The notes beneath the pieces are model-generated. The model worked only from the letters and a program-made list of their open reading frames with translations, made no database searches and had not been told where the DNA came from. Position numbers and translations under genes: made by a program. 64,000 nucleotides of DNA from an uncultured Clostridia bacterium (GTDB lineage: Bacteria; Bacillota_I; Bacilli_A; RF39; UBA660), in assembly GCA_945871105.1 (NCBI GenBank), contig CAMBUO010000004.1:2131-66130 (forward strand), in the 5' to 3' direction. Positions 42,437 through 52,452 of the stretch are shown here, piece by piece. Within the stretch, counting starts at the first letter, position 1; each line of letters starts with the position of its first letter.

Positions 42437-42751
42437 TTATTCATAATCAGAAGTTAAAACTTCTTCAGCTGCTTTAGATATATTAGCGTTTGTTTCTTTA
42501 TAAGTATTAGCAGTTTTAGATAAAAAATTACTATAATTTTCCATTGCTTCATAGAAACCATTAAATTTATGTTGTAATGCATTATATTTATCACGTAAAG
42601 TGTCAGCTGCACTTCCTTTAAATGACTCAGCTGTTTGATTAATAACTCTTGTTGCTACTTCTAATGAAGATCTAGCCATATTAACTTTTTCTTTCATCAT
42701 ATTAGCAAAATTTTCTAATTCCTCTGGTTTTACATTTATATCATAATTCAT
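42437..42751 (-). CDS. WXG100 family protein
   Basis: INVKPEELENFA...SFKGSAAD...ANTYKETN. ATG 42751 follows AGGAGG. Confidence 0.82.
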   Translation of the reverse strand: MNYDINVKPEELENFANMMKEKVNMARSSLEVATRVINQTAESFKGSAADTLRDKYNALQHKFNGFYEAMENYSNFLSKTANTYKETNANISKAAEEVLTSDYE

Positions 42752-42761
42752 ATTTATCCTC

Positions 42762-43049
42762 CTATAACCTTCCAGCAGCATCTGAAATATCTTGTTGTGT
42801 ATTTGAGATAACTTCTACTGACTTATCTAAAAAAATTGCATAGTTATTTACTATTTTTCCTAAATCTGTAATATCTGTTTTATAACCATTTACAGTATTG
42901 ACAAAATTTAAATTATCAGCTCCTTCCCATGCACTTTGTAAATCATCTACTATCTTATATAAATCATTAACAGCTTTTACATAATCATTAGCAGCTTGAT
43001 TAATTTCTTTAGCTTCTTGATCTAATTCTCCATAATTTGCTTGTAACAT
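42762..43049 (-). CDS. WXG100 family protein (EsxA-like)
   Basis: 95 aa with central LQSAWEGAD (canonical W-x-G). Confidence 0.85.
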   Translation of the reverse strand: MLQANYGELDQEAKEINQAANDYVKAVNDLYKIVDDLQSAWEGADNLNFVNTVNGYKTDITDLGKIVNNYAIFLDKSVEVISNTQQDISDAAGRL

Positions 43050-43137
43050 ATTATCACCTATACCTTTCTTTATTATAAGAATAACACATTATTAGTTTTT
43101 TCGCATCATTTTTTTTTAAATATTACATTTTTTTGAC

Positions 43138-43162
43138 AAAAAAACTGCTATTAAAAGCAGTT
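43138..43162 (-). terminator. Terminator of the LysM lipoprotein gene
   Basis: AACTGCT-attaaa-AGCAGTT with a T-run on the minus strand. Confidence 0.65.
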
Positions 43163-43173
43163 AACTATTGATT

Positions 43174-43605
43174 TTATTTAAATGTTGGATTGTAGATTAT
43201 TTGATCTACATAAATTAAATCTGGATTTGGAATATTATTATAAGTAGCAATATCTTGATATGGTACTTTCCAAGCAGTTGAGATTAACCAAAGAGTATCA
43301 CCCCAAATAACTTTATAACTTCTTTGACTTTGATCTGTATTAATAGTTGTATTAGCAACCCATACAGAATAATCAGTTGTATCATTTAAAGCTATATCGC
43401 TACTAGTTGAGGTATTATCGTTTGAGTTATTATTTGTTTGATCGTTATTTGTTTGATTATTATTTTCTTTATTATCTACTTCACTACCATTATCTGTATC
43501 ATCATTATTATTTGCTTTATTTCCACATCCTGTGTTTAAAAATAAAATCCCACTAAATAAACATAAAATCAATAGTACTTTGACATTAACTTTTAAGAAT
43601 TTCAT
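43174..43605 (-). CDS. LysM-domain lipoprotein
   Basis: Signal peptide with lipobox-like NTGC, Asn-rich linker, LysM YKVIWGDTLWLIS...NNIPNPDLIYVDQ. Confidence 0.82.
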   Translation of the reverse strand: MKFLKVNVKVLLILCLFSGILFLNTGCGNKANNNDDTDNGSEVDNKENNNQTNNDQTNNNSNDNTSTSSDIALNDTTDYSVWVANTTINTDQSQRSYKVIWGDTLWLISTAWKVPYQDIATYNNIPNPDLIYVDQIIYNPTFK

Positions 43606-43695
43606 AAGCCCTCCCAATTAATATCTTGTACATCTAAATATTAACATATAAAAGAATAAATTTCTACTATTTAACATTATTTTGACAAAAAAGAG

Positions 43696-45171
43696 TTATT
43701 TTAAGTCATCAATGGTAATTTTACTTTCATGAGGAATTGGTTTCCATTCAATTTTTTTAAATAAAGCAACATATGTTGTGTAACGACCTATAATATCAAA
43801 AATTGGCCAGGTTAAGCAATATAAAAGTTTTTTAGAAAAAGATATTTTTTTAATTCTTTTTCTTTCAATTATAAATATATAAACTGCTTCAAATATTCTT
43901 TCTATATAAGAGCCAATTCGATAAAACAATCTGGCCCATATAGCTATTAATAAAGCTAAGAATAAAGCTTTTAAACCAGGTTCTATATCAAATCTTATAT
44001 TGATAAATAACTTTAAGAACTTAGCTAAGATAGTACTACCACCAAATAAATTAATATTAGTCAAACCATAGGTATAAGAATAAATACTATAGAATAAAAC
44101 TGTTACTAGTAACCAACGAAATAAACTAAAAACAGAAAAAGGAAAAGTTAACATTAAAATATCAAAAGAAGCAAATCGATGTCTTATTGATTCAATAAAT
44201 CTTTGGCTAAACGAATACTTATTTTTATATTCTTTTTTTTCTTTTTTATTTTTAAATCTTTTACCAAGAAATATATTTAAAAATAATTTAGGACCAGTTT
44301 CAATAAAAGCCAGTAAATGTCCTTTTGACCAGCGTAATCTTTGTCTTAAAGCAACTTTTAAACTAACAGGTTGTTCATCATAAAAAATAGCATCGTCTTG
44401 ATAAGTGATTTCATAACCATTAGCAACGGAGTCAACTGTTAAAGCTCTATCTTCCGTTAAAGAAGTATAATGCCAACCATCTTTTACTATATCACTTGGA
44501 AATAAAAAACCTGTTCCTTGAATATTAGTAGCTAAATGTAAAATGCTTCTTGCTCGATGTCCTGTTCTTATGGATCTTAACCAATGAATAGCATAGGTAG
44601 AAGAAATCCAGTTTTCATCAAAATTTTTACTATGACGATATGAAGTAATTATTTTTTTACCACTATCAAAAGCATCATTCATTTTAGTTATATAATCACT
44701 TTTTAATAAGTTGTCAGCATCAAAAACAAAATATCCTTCAAAAGACATTCGGCCATAATCTTCTTCTATTCTTTCAAATAGATATTCTAAAGCAAATCCT
44801 TTTGTTTTTCTTTCATTATCAAATCTTTCATAGCAAATAGCACCACAATCTCTAGCAATTTTAGCTGTTTTATCCGTACAATTATCAGCAACAACGAAAG
44901 TAGTAATTAAATCTTTTGGATAATCTTGTTTTTTAATACTATCTAAAAGATTAGCTATTACTTTTTCTTCATTTCTAGCTGCAATAACAATAGCATATTT
45001 ATGCTTTTTTTTAGCCGGTTTAAATTTTCTTGTAAAAAAAATGCCAAGAAAAAAGTAAATAGTTTTATAAAACAATAAATAAGTAATAACAACACCAATA
45101 ACGGAATTAATATGTTTTAAACTAGGATAAATACTCCCTATATTTTTCATTAAATAATCAAAAAAAGACAT
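43696..45171 (-). CDS. Processive GT2 family glycosyltransferase
   Basis: ARNEE, DNCTD, DADN, TED, QRLRW (QxxRW) plus TMs. Confidence 0.88.
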   Translation of the reverse strand: MSFFDYLMKNIGSIYPSLKHINSVIGVVITYLLFYKTIYFFLGIFFTRKFKPAKKKHKYAIVIAARNEEKVIANLLDSIKKQDYPKDLITTFVVADNCTDKTAKIARDCGAICYERFDNERKTKGFALEYLFERIEEDYGRMSFEGYFVFDADNLLKSDYITKMNDAFDSGKKIITSYRHSKNFDENWISSTYAIHWLRSIRTGHRARSILHLATNIQGTGFLFPSDIVKDGWHYTSLTEDRALTVDSVANGYEITYQDDAIFYDEQPVSLKVALRQRLRWSKGHLLAFIETGPKLFLNIFLGKRFKNKKEKKEYKNKYSFSQRFIESIRHRFASFDILMLTFPFSVFSLFRWLLVTVLFYSIYSYTYGLTNINLFGGSTILAKFLKLFINIRFDIEPGLKALFLALLIAIWARLFYRIGSYIERIFEAVYIFIIERKRIKKISFSKKLLYCLTWPIFDIIGRYTTYVALFKKIEWKPIPHESKITIDDLK

Positions 45172-45219
45172 AATACCTCACTTCTTAAAAAGTATAGCAT
45201 ATAATGTCTTTTTAATCAA

Positions 45220-47217
45220 TTATTCATCTTTTTTATCTTCTGTTTCAAGATCTGGCTTTACATCATTAACTTTTAATAAATCAATTAATTCATCTTTATT
45301 TAACTTAGAATAACCTTTTATGTCTTTTTCTTTAGCAAGTTCTTTTAATTCATCTAAAGTCATATCTTCTAAAGTTGTATCTTTTGGTAATTTTTTATTT
45401 TCAACTAAATATTCAATTTGTTCTTTAGTTAAAGTTTCTCTTTCTAATAAAGCATCAGCTATTAATTTAACTAAATCAGCATTTTCTGTTAAAATTTCTG
45501 TGGCTTTTTTATAACATTCACCTACAATTTTACGAATTTCTTCATCTATTTCATGAGCCACGATATCAGAGAAGTTACGACTCTTATTGTAATCTCTTCC
45601 TAAGAAAACACCTTCTGATTGATGTTCTAATTGAACTGGTCCTAAATCACTCATACCATATTCGGTTACCATACTACGAGCTATTTTAGTAGCTTTTTCG
45701 AAATCATTATGAGCTCCTGTTGTTATTTCCCCAAAATTTAATTCTTCCGATACACGTCCACCTAATAAACCAGTAATTTGTTCTAATAACTCAGTTTTTG
45801 TTTGAGTATATTTTTCTTCTTTTGGTACCATCATAGCATAGCCACCGGCATAACTTCTTGGAATAATAGTAACTTTTTGGACAACATTAGCTGAATTTAA
45901 TTTTAATCCAAGAACAACGTGACCAGCTTCATGATAAGAAACTAATTTCTTTTCTTCATCTGTATATTTTTTACTCTTCTTAGCAGGTCCCATTAAGACA
46001 CGATCAGTTGCTTCATCTATTTCACTCATAGTAATAGCTTCTTTATTACGTCTAACAGCAAGTAAAGCTGCTTCATTTAATAAATTCTCTAAATCGGCTC
46101 CACTAAAACCTGGCGTTCTTTTAGCAAGATTAGTTAAAGTAACATCTTTATCTAAAATTTTATTACGAGCATGAACAGCAAGTATTTCTTCACGAGCTTT
46201 AACATCTGGTAAATTCACGGTAACTTGACGATCAAAACGACCTGGACGAAGTAAAGCTGGATCTAAGACATCTGCTCTATTAGTAGCAGCAATAATAATA
46301 ATTCCTTCATTTGCTCCAAATCCATCCATTTCGGTTAATAATTGGTTTAAAGTTTGTTCACGTTCATCATGTCCACCACCTAAACCAGTTCCTCTTTGAC
46401 GACCTACAGCATCAATTTCATCAATAAAGATTAAACAAGGAGCATTATGTTTAGCTTGATTAAACATATCACGAACACGACTAGCACCAACACCAACAAA
46501 TAATTCCACAAAATCAGAACCACTTATATAATAAAATGGTACATTAGCTTCTCCTGCAACTGCTTTAGCAAGTAAAGTTTTACCAGTTCCTGGAGGACCT
46601 ACTAATAAAACACCTTTAGGTATTCTTGCACCTAATTTTTGAAATCTCTTTGGATTTTTCAAAAAGTCAATTAATTCTTTTAATTCTTCTTTTTCTTCTT
46701 TTAAACCAGCAACTTCATTAAATGTTACTTTTTTACTACTATCATCTAATTTAGCTTTACTCTTACCAAAATCAAATGATTTGTTATTTCCCCCAATTTG
46801 TTTACTTAAAACAACAAAGAAGAAAATACCAATTAAAATGATAGGTAAAAAATTAAAAATAGCAATTAACCAAAAACTACTATGAGGATCACTTTCATTT
46901 TCAATTTTAAAATCATATTTTTCATTAGCTTCCATTACCTTTTTAATTACTTCTTCCGAATAAGGAGCTACTACTTCAAATTTTTCATTATCCTTGTAAT
47001 CCTTTAACTTACCTGTAATATTATAAATTCCTCCATCAACACTAGGAACAATCTTTACTTCAGTTACTTCATTATTATTTAAACTATTAAGAAAACTATC
47101 ATAAGTTAAATCATTTACTTTAACATTTAAAACATTAAAAAAATAAATTACACCTAACATGATAATTATTAAAACTACATATGGTAATACACCTTTTTTT
47201 ATTTCTTTTTTATTCAT
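45220..47217 (-). CDS. ftsH: ATP-dependent zinc metalloprotease FtsH with C-terminal Rho_N-like domain
   Basis: Two TMs, [20 protein letters not shown]. Start moved to ATG 47217. Confidence 0.97.
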   Translation of the reverse strand: MNKKEIKKGVLPYVVLIIIMLGVIYFFNVLNVKVNDLTYDSFLNSLNNNEVTEVKIVPSVDGGIYNITGKLKDYKDNEKFEVVAPYSEEVIKKVMEANEKYDFKIENESDPHSSFWLIAIFNFLPIILIGIFFFVVLSKQIGGNNKSFDFGKSKAKLDDSSKKVTFNEVAGLKEEKEELKELIDFLKNPKRFQKLGARIPKGVLLVGPPGTGKTLLAKAVAGEANVPFYYISGSDFVELFVGVGASRVRDMFNQAKHNAPCLIFIDEIDAVGRQRGTGLGGGHDEREQTLNQLLTEMDGFGANEGIIIIAATNRADVLDPALLRPGRFDRQVTVNLPDVKAREEILAVHARNKILDKDVTLTNLAKRTPGFSGADLENLLNEAALLAVRRNKEAITMSEIDEATDRVLMGPAKKSKKYTDEEKKLVSYHEAGHVVLGLKLNSANVVQKVTIIPRSYAGGYAMMVPKEEKYTQTKTELLEQITGLLGGRVSEELNFGEITTGAHNDFEKATKIARSMVTEYGMSDLGPVQLEHQSEGVFLGRDYNKSRNFSDIVAHEIDEEIRKIVGECYKKATEILTENADLVKLIADALLERETLTKEQIEYLVENKKLPKDTTLEDMTLDELKELAKEKDIKGYSKLNKDELIDLLKVNDVKPDLETEDKKDE

Positions 47218-47228
47218 AAAATCTCTCC

Positions 47229-48545
47229 TCACAAACATTTAAATATTATATCACAATTTTCTCTATTTTGAACATCATATTTTGATTTTTTTAATTTAGG
47301 AATCCAAATTATCTCATCTTTACTATCAACAACTATAGGATAACTATCTCTTTCATCTTTTTCAATTTTACAATCTATAAAAATATCTTTAACTTTTTTA
47401 TGCCCATTACCTTTTAAAGCAATAACATCTCCAGGTTTTCTATTTCTAACATATAAAGGTAAAGAAACATCTTTACTATTAATATGCATAGTATCATTAC
47501 CATTAGAGTCACCATTATAAATTATAAATTGCATACCATTTTCTAAAATTAAACCATTCTTTAATTCTATTTTATAATTTTTTATTTCCTTTTTAGTATT
47601 CTTAAATTTAACTAAGCCATACTCTTTAATTACTCTGATTCCTTTAGGTAAATCTATTTCTATATTACTTTTAGATTCATTTATTAAATTAATTACTAAA
47701 TCAACATGTTTATCAGTTAAAAAAGATAAATCTTCATAAAGATTACTAAATATTTTTTCAATAATTAATCTTCTAATAAACAAATCATTTTCTAAAAATA
47801 AATTAATATTCAAACTTCCATCCCTATAACAATTATTATAAGCAATTAAAGTATTTTTTTCAATATAATTATTTGCTTCTTCTAATCTATTTTCAAATTT
47901 TAAAAATTTTAAATGAACATCTCTATTTTCACTTTTTAAAAAATTTAAAACATGATGACGATATCTATTTCTCGTATAATCATCACAATTATTAGTTTTA
48001 TCAATAAAAAAAGGAATATTATTATCACATAAATATTTATTAATATCATCTTTAGTTACATAAAGAAGTGGTCTTATAATTTGATAATTATTTTTCTTAG
48101 TAATTAAAGATATTCCTTGATAACCTTTTAAATTAGATCCTCTTGTTAATTTCATAAGAATTGTTTCTACTAAATCATCGCCATGATGAGCTGTCATTAA
48201 AATATTAGCTTGATGTTTATTTATTAATTCTTCAAAAAACTTATATCTTTCTTTTCTTGCATAAGCTTCAAAATTACCCTTATATTTATTATCAAGAATC
48301 ATTTTTTCAAAAACTAAATTTTTCTTAAAGCAATAATCTTCTAAAAATTGTTCTTCTTCATCACTTTCTACTCTTTTTTTATGATTAACATGGGCAACAA
48401 TTATTTTAAATTTTAATTTTTCTTGAAGATTTAAAAGAATATTTAAAAGACACATAGAATCAGGACCTGTACTAACACCAATAACAATTTTAGAATCTTT
48501 ATTTAACTTAATTTTATTTGTTAAAAATTCATAAACTAAATCCAT
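47229..48545 (-). CDS. tilS: tRNA(Ile)-lysidine synthase
   Basis: STGPDS, AHVNH, TAHHGDD, RPLL, RNRYRH. Confidence 0.95.
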   Translation of the reverse strand: MDLVYEFLTNKIKLNKDSKIVIGVSTGPDSMCLLNILLNLQEKLKFKIIVAHVNHKKRVESDEEEQFLEDYCFKKNLVFEKMILDNKYKGNFEAYARKERYKFFEELINKHQANILMTAHHGDDLVETILMKLTRGSNLKGYQGISLITKKNNYQIIRPLLYVTKDDINKYLCDNNIPFFIDKTNNCDDYTRNRYRHHVLNFLKSENRDVHLKFLKFENRLEEANNYIEKNTLIAYNNCYRDGSLNINLFLENDLFIRRLIIEKIFSNLYEDLSFLTDKHVDLVINLINESKSNIEIDLPKGIRVIKEYGLVKFKNTKKEIKNYKIELKNGLILENGMQFIIYNGDSNGNDTMHINSKDVSLPLYVRNRKPGDVIALKGNGHKKVKDIFIDCKIEKDERDSYPIVVDSKDEIIWIPKLKKSKYDVQNRENCDIIFKCL

Positions 48546-48668
48546 TTCTTTTCACCTTGCACGTATTTTACTAAATTAATATCATTTTAGCAAGATAGTA
48601 TTAAACCTTTTTTGACTTTTCTTGACATTATATAATAAATTCCTAAAAAATAATGTGCTAACAAAACA

Positions 48669-48968
48669 CTATTCTTCAGGAATTCGTAAAATTAATTCTC
48701 CATCTTTGGAATAAAAATATTTTTCCCTGGCATACCTTGCTAAATATTCCGGATCCTCTAATTTTTTAACATCTGTTTCTAATTCCTTTTCTTGCTCTTG
48801 CAAAGCTATTAATTCAGTACTTAATTGATTTTTTTCTTGATACTTATCAACTATTTCTATGATAACACTAAATAGAGTTAAACAAATTGTAATAACTAAT
48901 ATAATAGAAAGCATGCCAAAAGTAGCAATACGTTTTGCTTTTTTCTTTACTTTTTTTCTTTTAGCCAC
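48669..48968 (-). CDS. divIC: Septum formation initiator DivIC/FtsB
   Basis: Basic N-terminus, TM, coiled coil, DPEYLARYAREK...GE; yabP-yabQ-divIC synteny. Confidence 0.85.
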   Translation of the reverse strand: MAKRKKVKKKAKRIATFGMLSIILVITICLTLFSVIIEIVDKYQEKNQLSTELIALQEQEKELETDVKKLEDPEYLARYAREKYFYSKDGELILRIPEE

Positions 48969-49056
48969 ATTATCACTTCCTATTCTAGCAATAATATAAT
49001 ATCAAATAATTATTATTTTTTCAAGTAAAAAGATGCTAAAGCATCCTGTTAAACCA

Positions 49057-49332
49057 TCAACCAGTTCTTATTTTTTTAAATAATTTATTATATAAAAAGA
49101 AACTAATCAAAAAGATAAATAATAAATATATATGAATAATACCATCATTGATTTTATAAAGTAAAAAGAAATATAAAATACTATTACCTATTATAAAAAG
49201 AAAATTAGTTAATAAATTAAGAAAAAAGTATTTACTAAATAAAAACTTATAAAAAATATTAAAGAAAAAAGAACAATATAAACCAAATAAAAATGTATAA
49301 AAGATAACTTGAATTTGAATATTTAAATTCAT
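49057..49332 (-). CDS. yabQ: Spore cortex protein YabQ (short form)
   Basis: Three-TM small protein with LYKINDG, immediately after yabP. Confidence 0.65.
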   Translation of the reverse strand: MNLNIQIQVIFYTFLFGLYCSFFFNIFYKFLFSKYFFLNLLTNFLFIIGNSILYFFLLYKINDGIIHIYLLFIFLISFFLYNKLFKKIRTG

Positions 49333-49622
49333 TTAAATAACCTACTAATAACTGAATTTTCTTTGTTCTTTTTTAAAATATTTTCATCTAAATAAGTTAA
49401 ACTGTTGACTAATCCTTTAATAGTAACTACTCCCTGCATAGTATCTAATTTTAATAGTTCTAATCCTTCCCCTTTTAGAATAATAGTTCCCATGACACTT
49501 TCGATTAAAAATTCTTCACTATCAAAACTTTCGACTTTTTTTACTCCAGAAATGCTAACATTCTTTCTTTCTACTAAATTAAATACATGATTAAATTCTC
49601 TTATCTGATTATCTCTTTCCAT
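49329..49622 (-). CDS. yabP: Sporulation protein YabP
   Basis: ERKNVSISGVKKVESFDSEEF...G.I.LKGEGL. Confidence 0.88.
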   Translation of the reverse strand: MERDNQIREFNHVFNLVERKNVSISGVKKVESFDSEEFLIESVMGTIILKGEGLELLKLDTMQGVVTIKGLVNSLTYLDENILKKNKENSVISRLFK

Positions 49623-49678
49623 ATAATCCCCAATTAATTATATTTAATATATTAAAAAAAAGACCAATTGGTCTTTAA

Positions 49679-49960
49679 TTATTCTTCTTCATTAGTAGGT
49701 TCTTCTACTTCAGCATTTTCATAGGCAGCAAAGATAGCATCTTCAAACATTTTTCTTGTTTCACGATTAATAGGATGAGCTATATCTTTATGTCCTCCTG
49801 GTACCTTTTTACTTGGCATAGCAATAAATAAACCATTATCACCATCAATAATACGAATATCACGAACAACGAAGCAATCATCTAATTGAACAGTTGCACG
49901 TCCTTTCATACGAGATCCTTCTTTTTCAAATCTCTTTACATCTACTGATGTTATTTTCAT
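49679..49960 (-). CDS. spoVG: SpoVG
   Basis: MKITSV, GLFIAMPS, DIAHPINRETR. Confidence 0.94.
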   Translation of the reverse strand: MKITSVDVKRFEKEGSRMKGRATVQLDDCFVVRDIRIIDGDNGLFIAMPSKKVPGGHKDIAHPINRETRKMFEDAIFAAYENAEVEEPTNEEE

Positions 49961-50058
49961 ATGTAATCCTCCTTTTGAACTCCATGTTCTATAATAATGA
50001 TATAATATAACCTAAAAAAAATCAATTCTTTTTGTAAAATATTGTCATTTTTAGACAC

Positions 50059-50084
50059 AAAAAAGACTTTGTTAAACAAAGTCT
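50059..50084 (-). terminator. Terminator of TasA-like gene 2
   Basis: AGACTTTGTT-AAACAAAGTCT stem with a T-run on the minus strand. Confidence 0.65.
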
Positions 50085-50099
50085 AAAAACTAAATAATA

Positions 50100-50768
50100 C
50101 TATGGTGTTGGTTGAGTAGTACCAGTAGTAGCAGCTACAACTTTTAATCTTAATGAATAATATAAGTTAGCAAATTCAGCTGTTGAATAATCTTTTCCTT
50201 CACCAATTTCTACGTAATCAGCATCTGTTGTTTCACCATTAATCCACATTCTTAAAGTATAAGCATCTGTTTGTTGAGCTGTCGATGAATTAGCAGTAAT
50301 TTTCCCTTTTGCTAAAACTACTCCACTAGTTAAAGAACCATCTGTTCCAACAACTTTAGAAGTTGAATAGTTGTTGGTAACTACAGCAGCAGGTGCTTTT
50401 AGATTTAATTTGATTTCACTATCTTTAAATCTTTCTTTTCCAGTTTCAGCATCGCCAGGGAAAGCATAAACAGTATATTCTATACCTTTACCAGAAGTGT
50501 CATAACCAACTACAGAAAAAGTTAAAGCACCATGTTCAGCAGTTGTTAAAGCTTCTCCTGCAGTATTTGTCATTGGAAATTGATTAGTTAGATTAATACG
50601 ATCTCCTTCAGTAAAATTGAAGAAAATTGAACCAGTAGTTAAAGTATTATTAGCCGTTCCGGTTTTACTATAAGTAAAGAATGCAAATGATACTCCTACT
50701 ACTGCAACAACTAATACAGCTATTCCTATAACAGATAATAGAACTTGTTTTGATGAATTCTCATTCAT
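50100..50768 (-). CDS. TasA/camelysin-like protein with SipW-class signal peptide
   Basis: Hydrophobic leader ending VVGVSFAFFTY, then NTLTTGSI; Thr/Gly-rich beta-type body. Confidence 0.65.
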   Translation of the reverse strand: MNENSSKQVLLSVIGIAVLVVAVVGVSFAFFTYSKTGTANNTLTTGSIFFNFTEGDRINLTNQFPMTNTAGEALTTAEHGALTFSVVGYDTSGKGIEYTVYAFPGDAETGKERFKDSEIKLNLKAPAAVVTNNYSTSKVVGTDGSLTSGVVLAKGKITANSSTAQQTDAYTLRMWINGETTDADYVEIGEGKDYSTAEFANLYYSLRLKVVAATTGTTQPTP

Positions 50769-50984
50769 AATTTATATCCTCCTTACAATAAAAATAATAG
50801 CATAATTATAGATTTTTGACAATATCTTTTGAATATTTTTTTTAGTTTTTTTTAATCAAGTTATCTTGTTATATTATAAAGATATATTATTTGATCTTTT
50901 TAACTACAAAACTCAAGATAAAAAACAAATATTATATATTTTTTTATAATAAACAATTTTGATACGTAATTTCTTATTTTATTC

Positions 50985-51006
50985 AAAAAAAGACCTAGCG
51001 GTCTTT
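50985..51006 (-). terminator. Terminator of TasA-like gene 1
   Basis: AAAGACC-tagc-GGTCTTT with a T-run on the minus strand. Confidence 0.7.
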
Positions 51007-51012
51007 AATTTA

Positions 51013-51714
51013 TTATCCTTGAGCGTCTACTCTTATTTTAAATGAATAGAATAAATCACTATAAATAGCTCTTCCGCCAGTACATTCTGAAGCACTTGCA
51101 CAATATTTTTTAGTTGTGTCTGTATCAGAAATTGTTACAGTATCATTTACCCACATAGTTATAGCATATGAATGAGTAACTTCTGAGTTATTAGCTGGAA
51201 TAGTACCTGTAGCTATTAGTAATCCTGTTCCAGCAGTTGCTGTTCCTGAATCAATAGCATCAGTTACAACAGCACCATAGTCTGGATCAGTTGCTGTTCC
51301 GTATCCACCTTCAATGGTTCCACCAGTAGTAGTTGTTACATAGAAATTAATTTCAGAATTTTTTAAACGATTAGTTTCTGTGTAAGACTTTCCTTCTACA
51401 GTTGGAACATCACCTTTAATGGCATAAACACTATAATTAATAGGAGCCATTGAAGTTGGTAAAGTACCAGTTACTGAAAAAGCAAATTGATTATTTGTTT
51501 TTCCTTCAGCATCACTTTGTGGAAATTGGTTTGTTAATGATAAACCATTTTCTGGTGCTGTAAAATCGAAAGTAATACTACCAGTTGTAATAACGTTATT
51601 AGTTGTTCCGGTTTTACTATAAGTAAAGAATGCGAATGATACTCCTACTACAGCTATTACTAAAACAGCAATACCTACTATTGATAAAACTGCTTGCTTA
51701 GAATTATTTTCCAT
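51013..51714 (-). CDS. TasA/camelysin-like protein with SipW-class signal peptide (paralogue)
   Basis: VVGVSFAFFTYSKTGTTNNVITTGSI; shares LTNQFP, MW and LYYS/LFYS blocks with 50100-50768. Confidence 0.65.
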   Translation of the reverse strand: MENNSKQAVLSIVGIAVLVIAVVGVSFAFFTYSKTGTTNNVITTGSITFDFTAPENGLSLTNQFPQSDAEGKTNNQFAFSVTGTLPTSMAPINYSVYAIKGDVPTVEGKSYTETNRLKNSEINFYVTTTTGGTIEGGYGTATDPDYGAVVTDAIDSGTATAGTGLLIATGTIPANNSEVTHSYAITMWVNDTVTISDTDTTKKYCASASECTGGRAIYSDLFYSFKIRVDAQG

Positions 51715-51801
51715 TTTTATATCCTCCTTATGTTAAAAATATAGCACATATTTCATCAATTGACAATATCTTTTTGAAATTTTTTTTAAAATTTTATAAT
51801 G

Positions 51802-52383
51802 CTAATTAAATCCCCATCTTTCTATTTCAAAAGTTATATTATATTGTCTACCTATATTTTTAGTTGTCATTTCACTTTCATATAATAAATCCATTGTTAA
51901 ACCTTTTATAGCACTTCCTCGATCTAAAACTATTCCGTAAAATTCTTGATTATAATAATTTGACACTTTTATTACACTACCACATGGTATTAAGGGATCA
52001 CTTGCCAATATTCTTATTTTTCCATAATCCTTATCTTCATAATAAATATTACCATTTCGAACATCTTGATAAGGAGGACATCCTAATTTGCCAGAACACC
52101 CTACACAATCAGGTCCATAACCAGTAATTGTTCCTGTAAATTTAACTCTTTTATTAATATTATTTTTTAATTCTTCTAAAGAATTAACCATAACTGTTTC
52201 TATTAAATTATTTTTATAATTAGCATGAATCCTCGATGATTGAACAGCTTTAACATTATTTTCATTACTAGTTACAAAACTATCACTTGAATTACTAGTT
52301 GCTATCATAAATAAAAGAAAAATAATAAAAAATAAACTAAAAAAGTAAAGTTTTAATGAATTGATTTGTTTTTTTGTTCTCAA
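51802..52383 (-). CDS. 3D-domain cell-wall protein (YabE position)
   Basis: N-terminal TM; TGYGPDC...ASDPLIPCGS...DRGSAIKG..MDLL (three Asp); follows tatD. Confidence 0.75.
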   Translation of the reverse strand: MRTKKQINSLKLYFFSLFFIIFLLFMIATSNSSDSFVTSNENNVKAVQSSRIHANYKNNLIETVMVNSLEELKNNINKRVKFTGTITGYGPDCVGCSGKLGCPPYQDVRNGNIYYEDKDYGKIRILASDPLIPCGSVIKVSNYYNQEFYGIVLDRGSAIKGLTMDLLYESEMTTKNIGRQYNITFEIERWGFN

Positions 52384-52452
52384 AGCAAACCACCTCTATG
52401 ATAAAAATCATATCACTTAAAATTAATTTAGTCAAATAAAAAAAAGAAGAAA

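Noticed and set aside
49977-49989. GAAC-tccat-GTTC upstream of spoVG as a LexA box
   Set aside because: Spacer is 5 nt rather than the 4 nt of the Firmicute SOS box, and no such box is seen upstream of uvrA.
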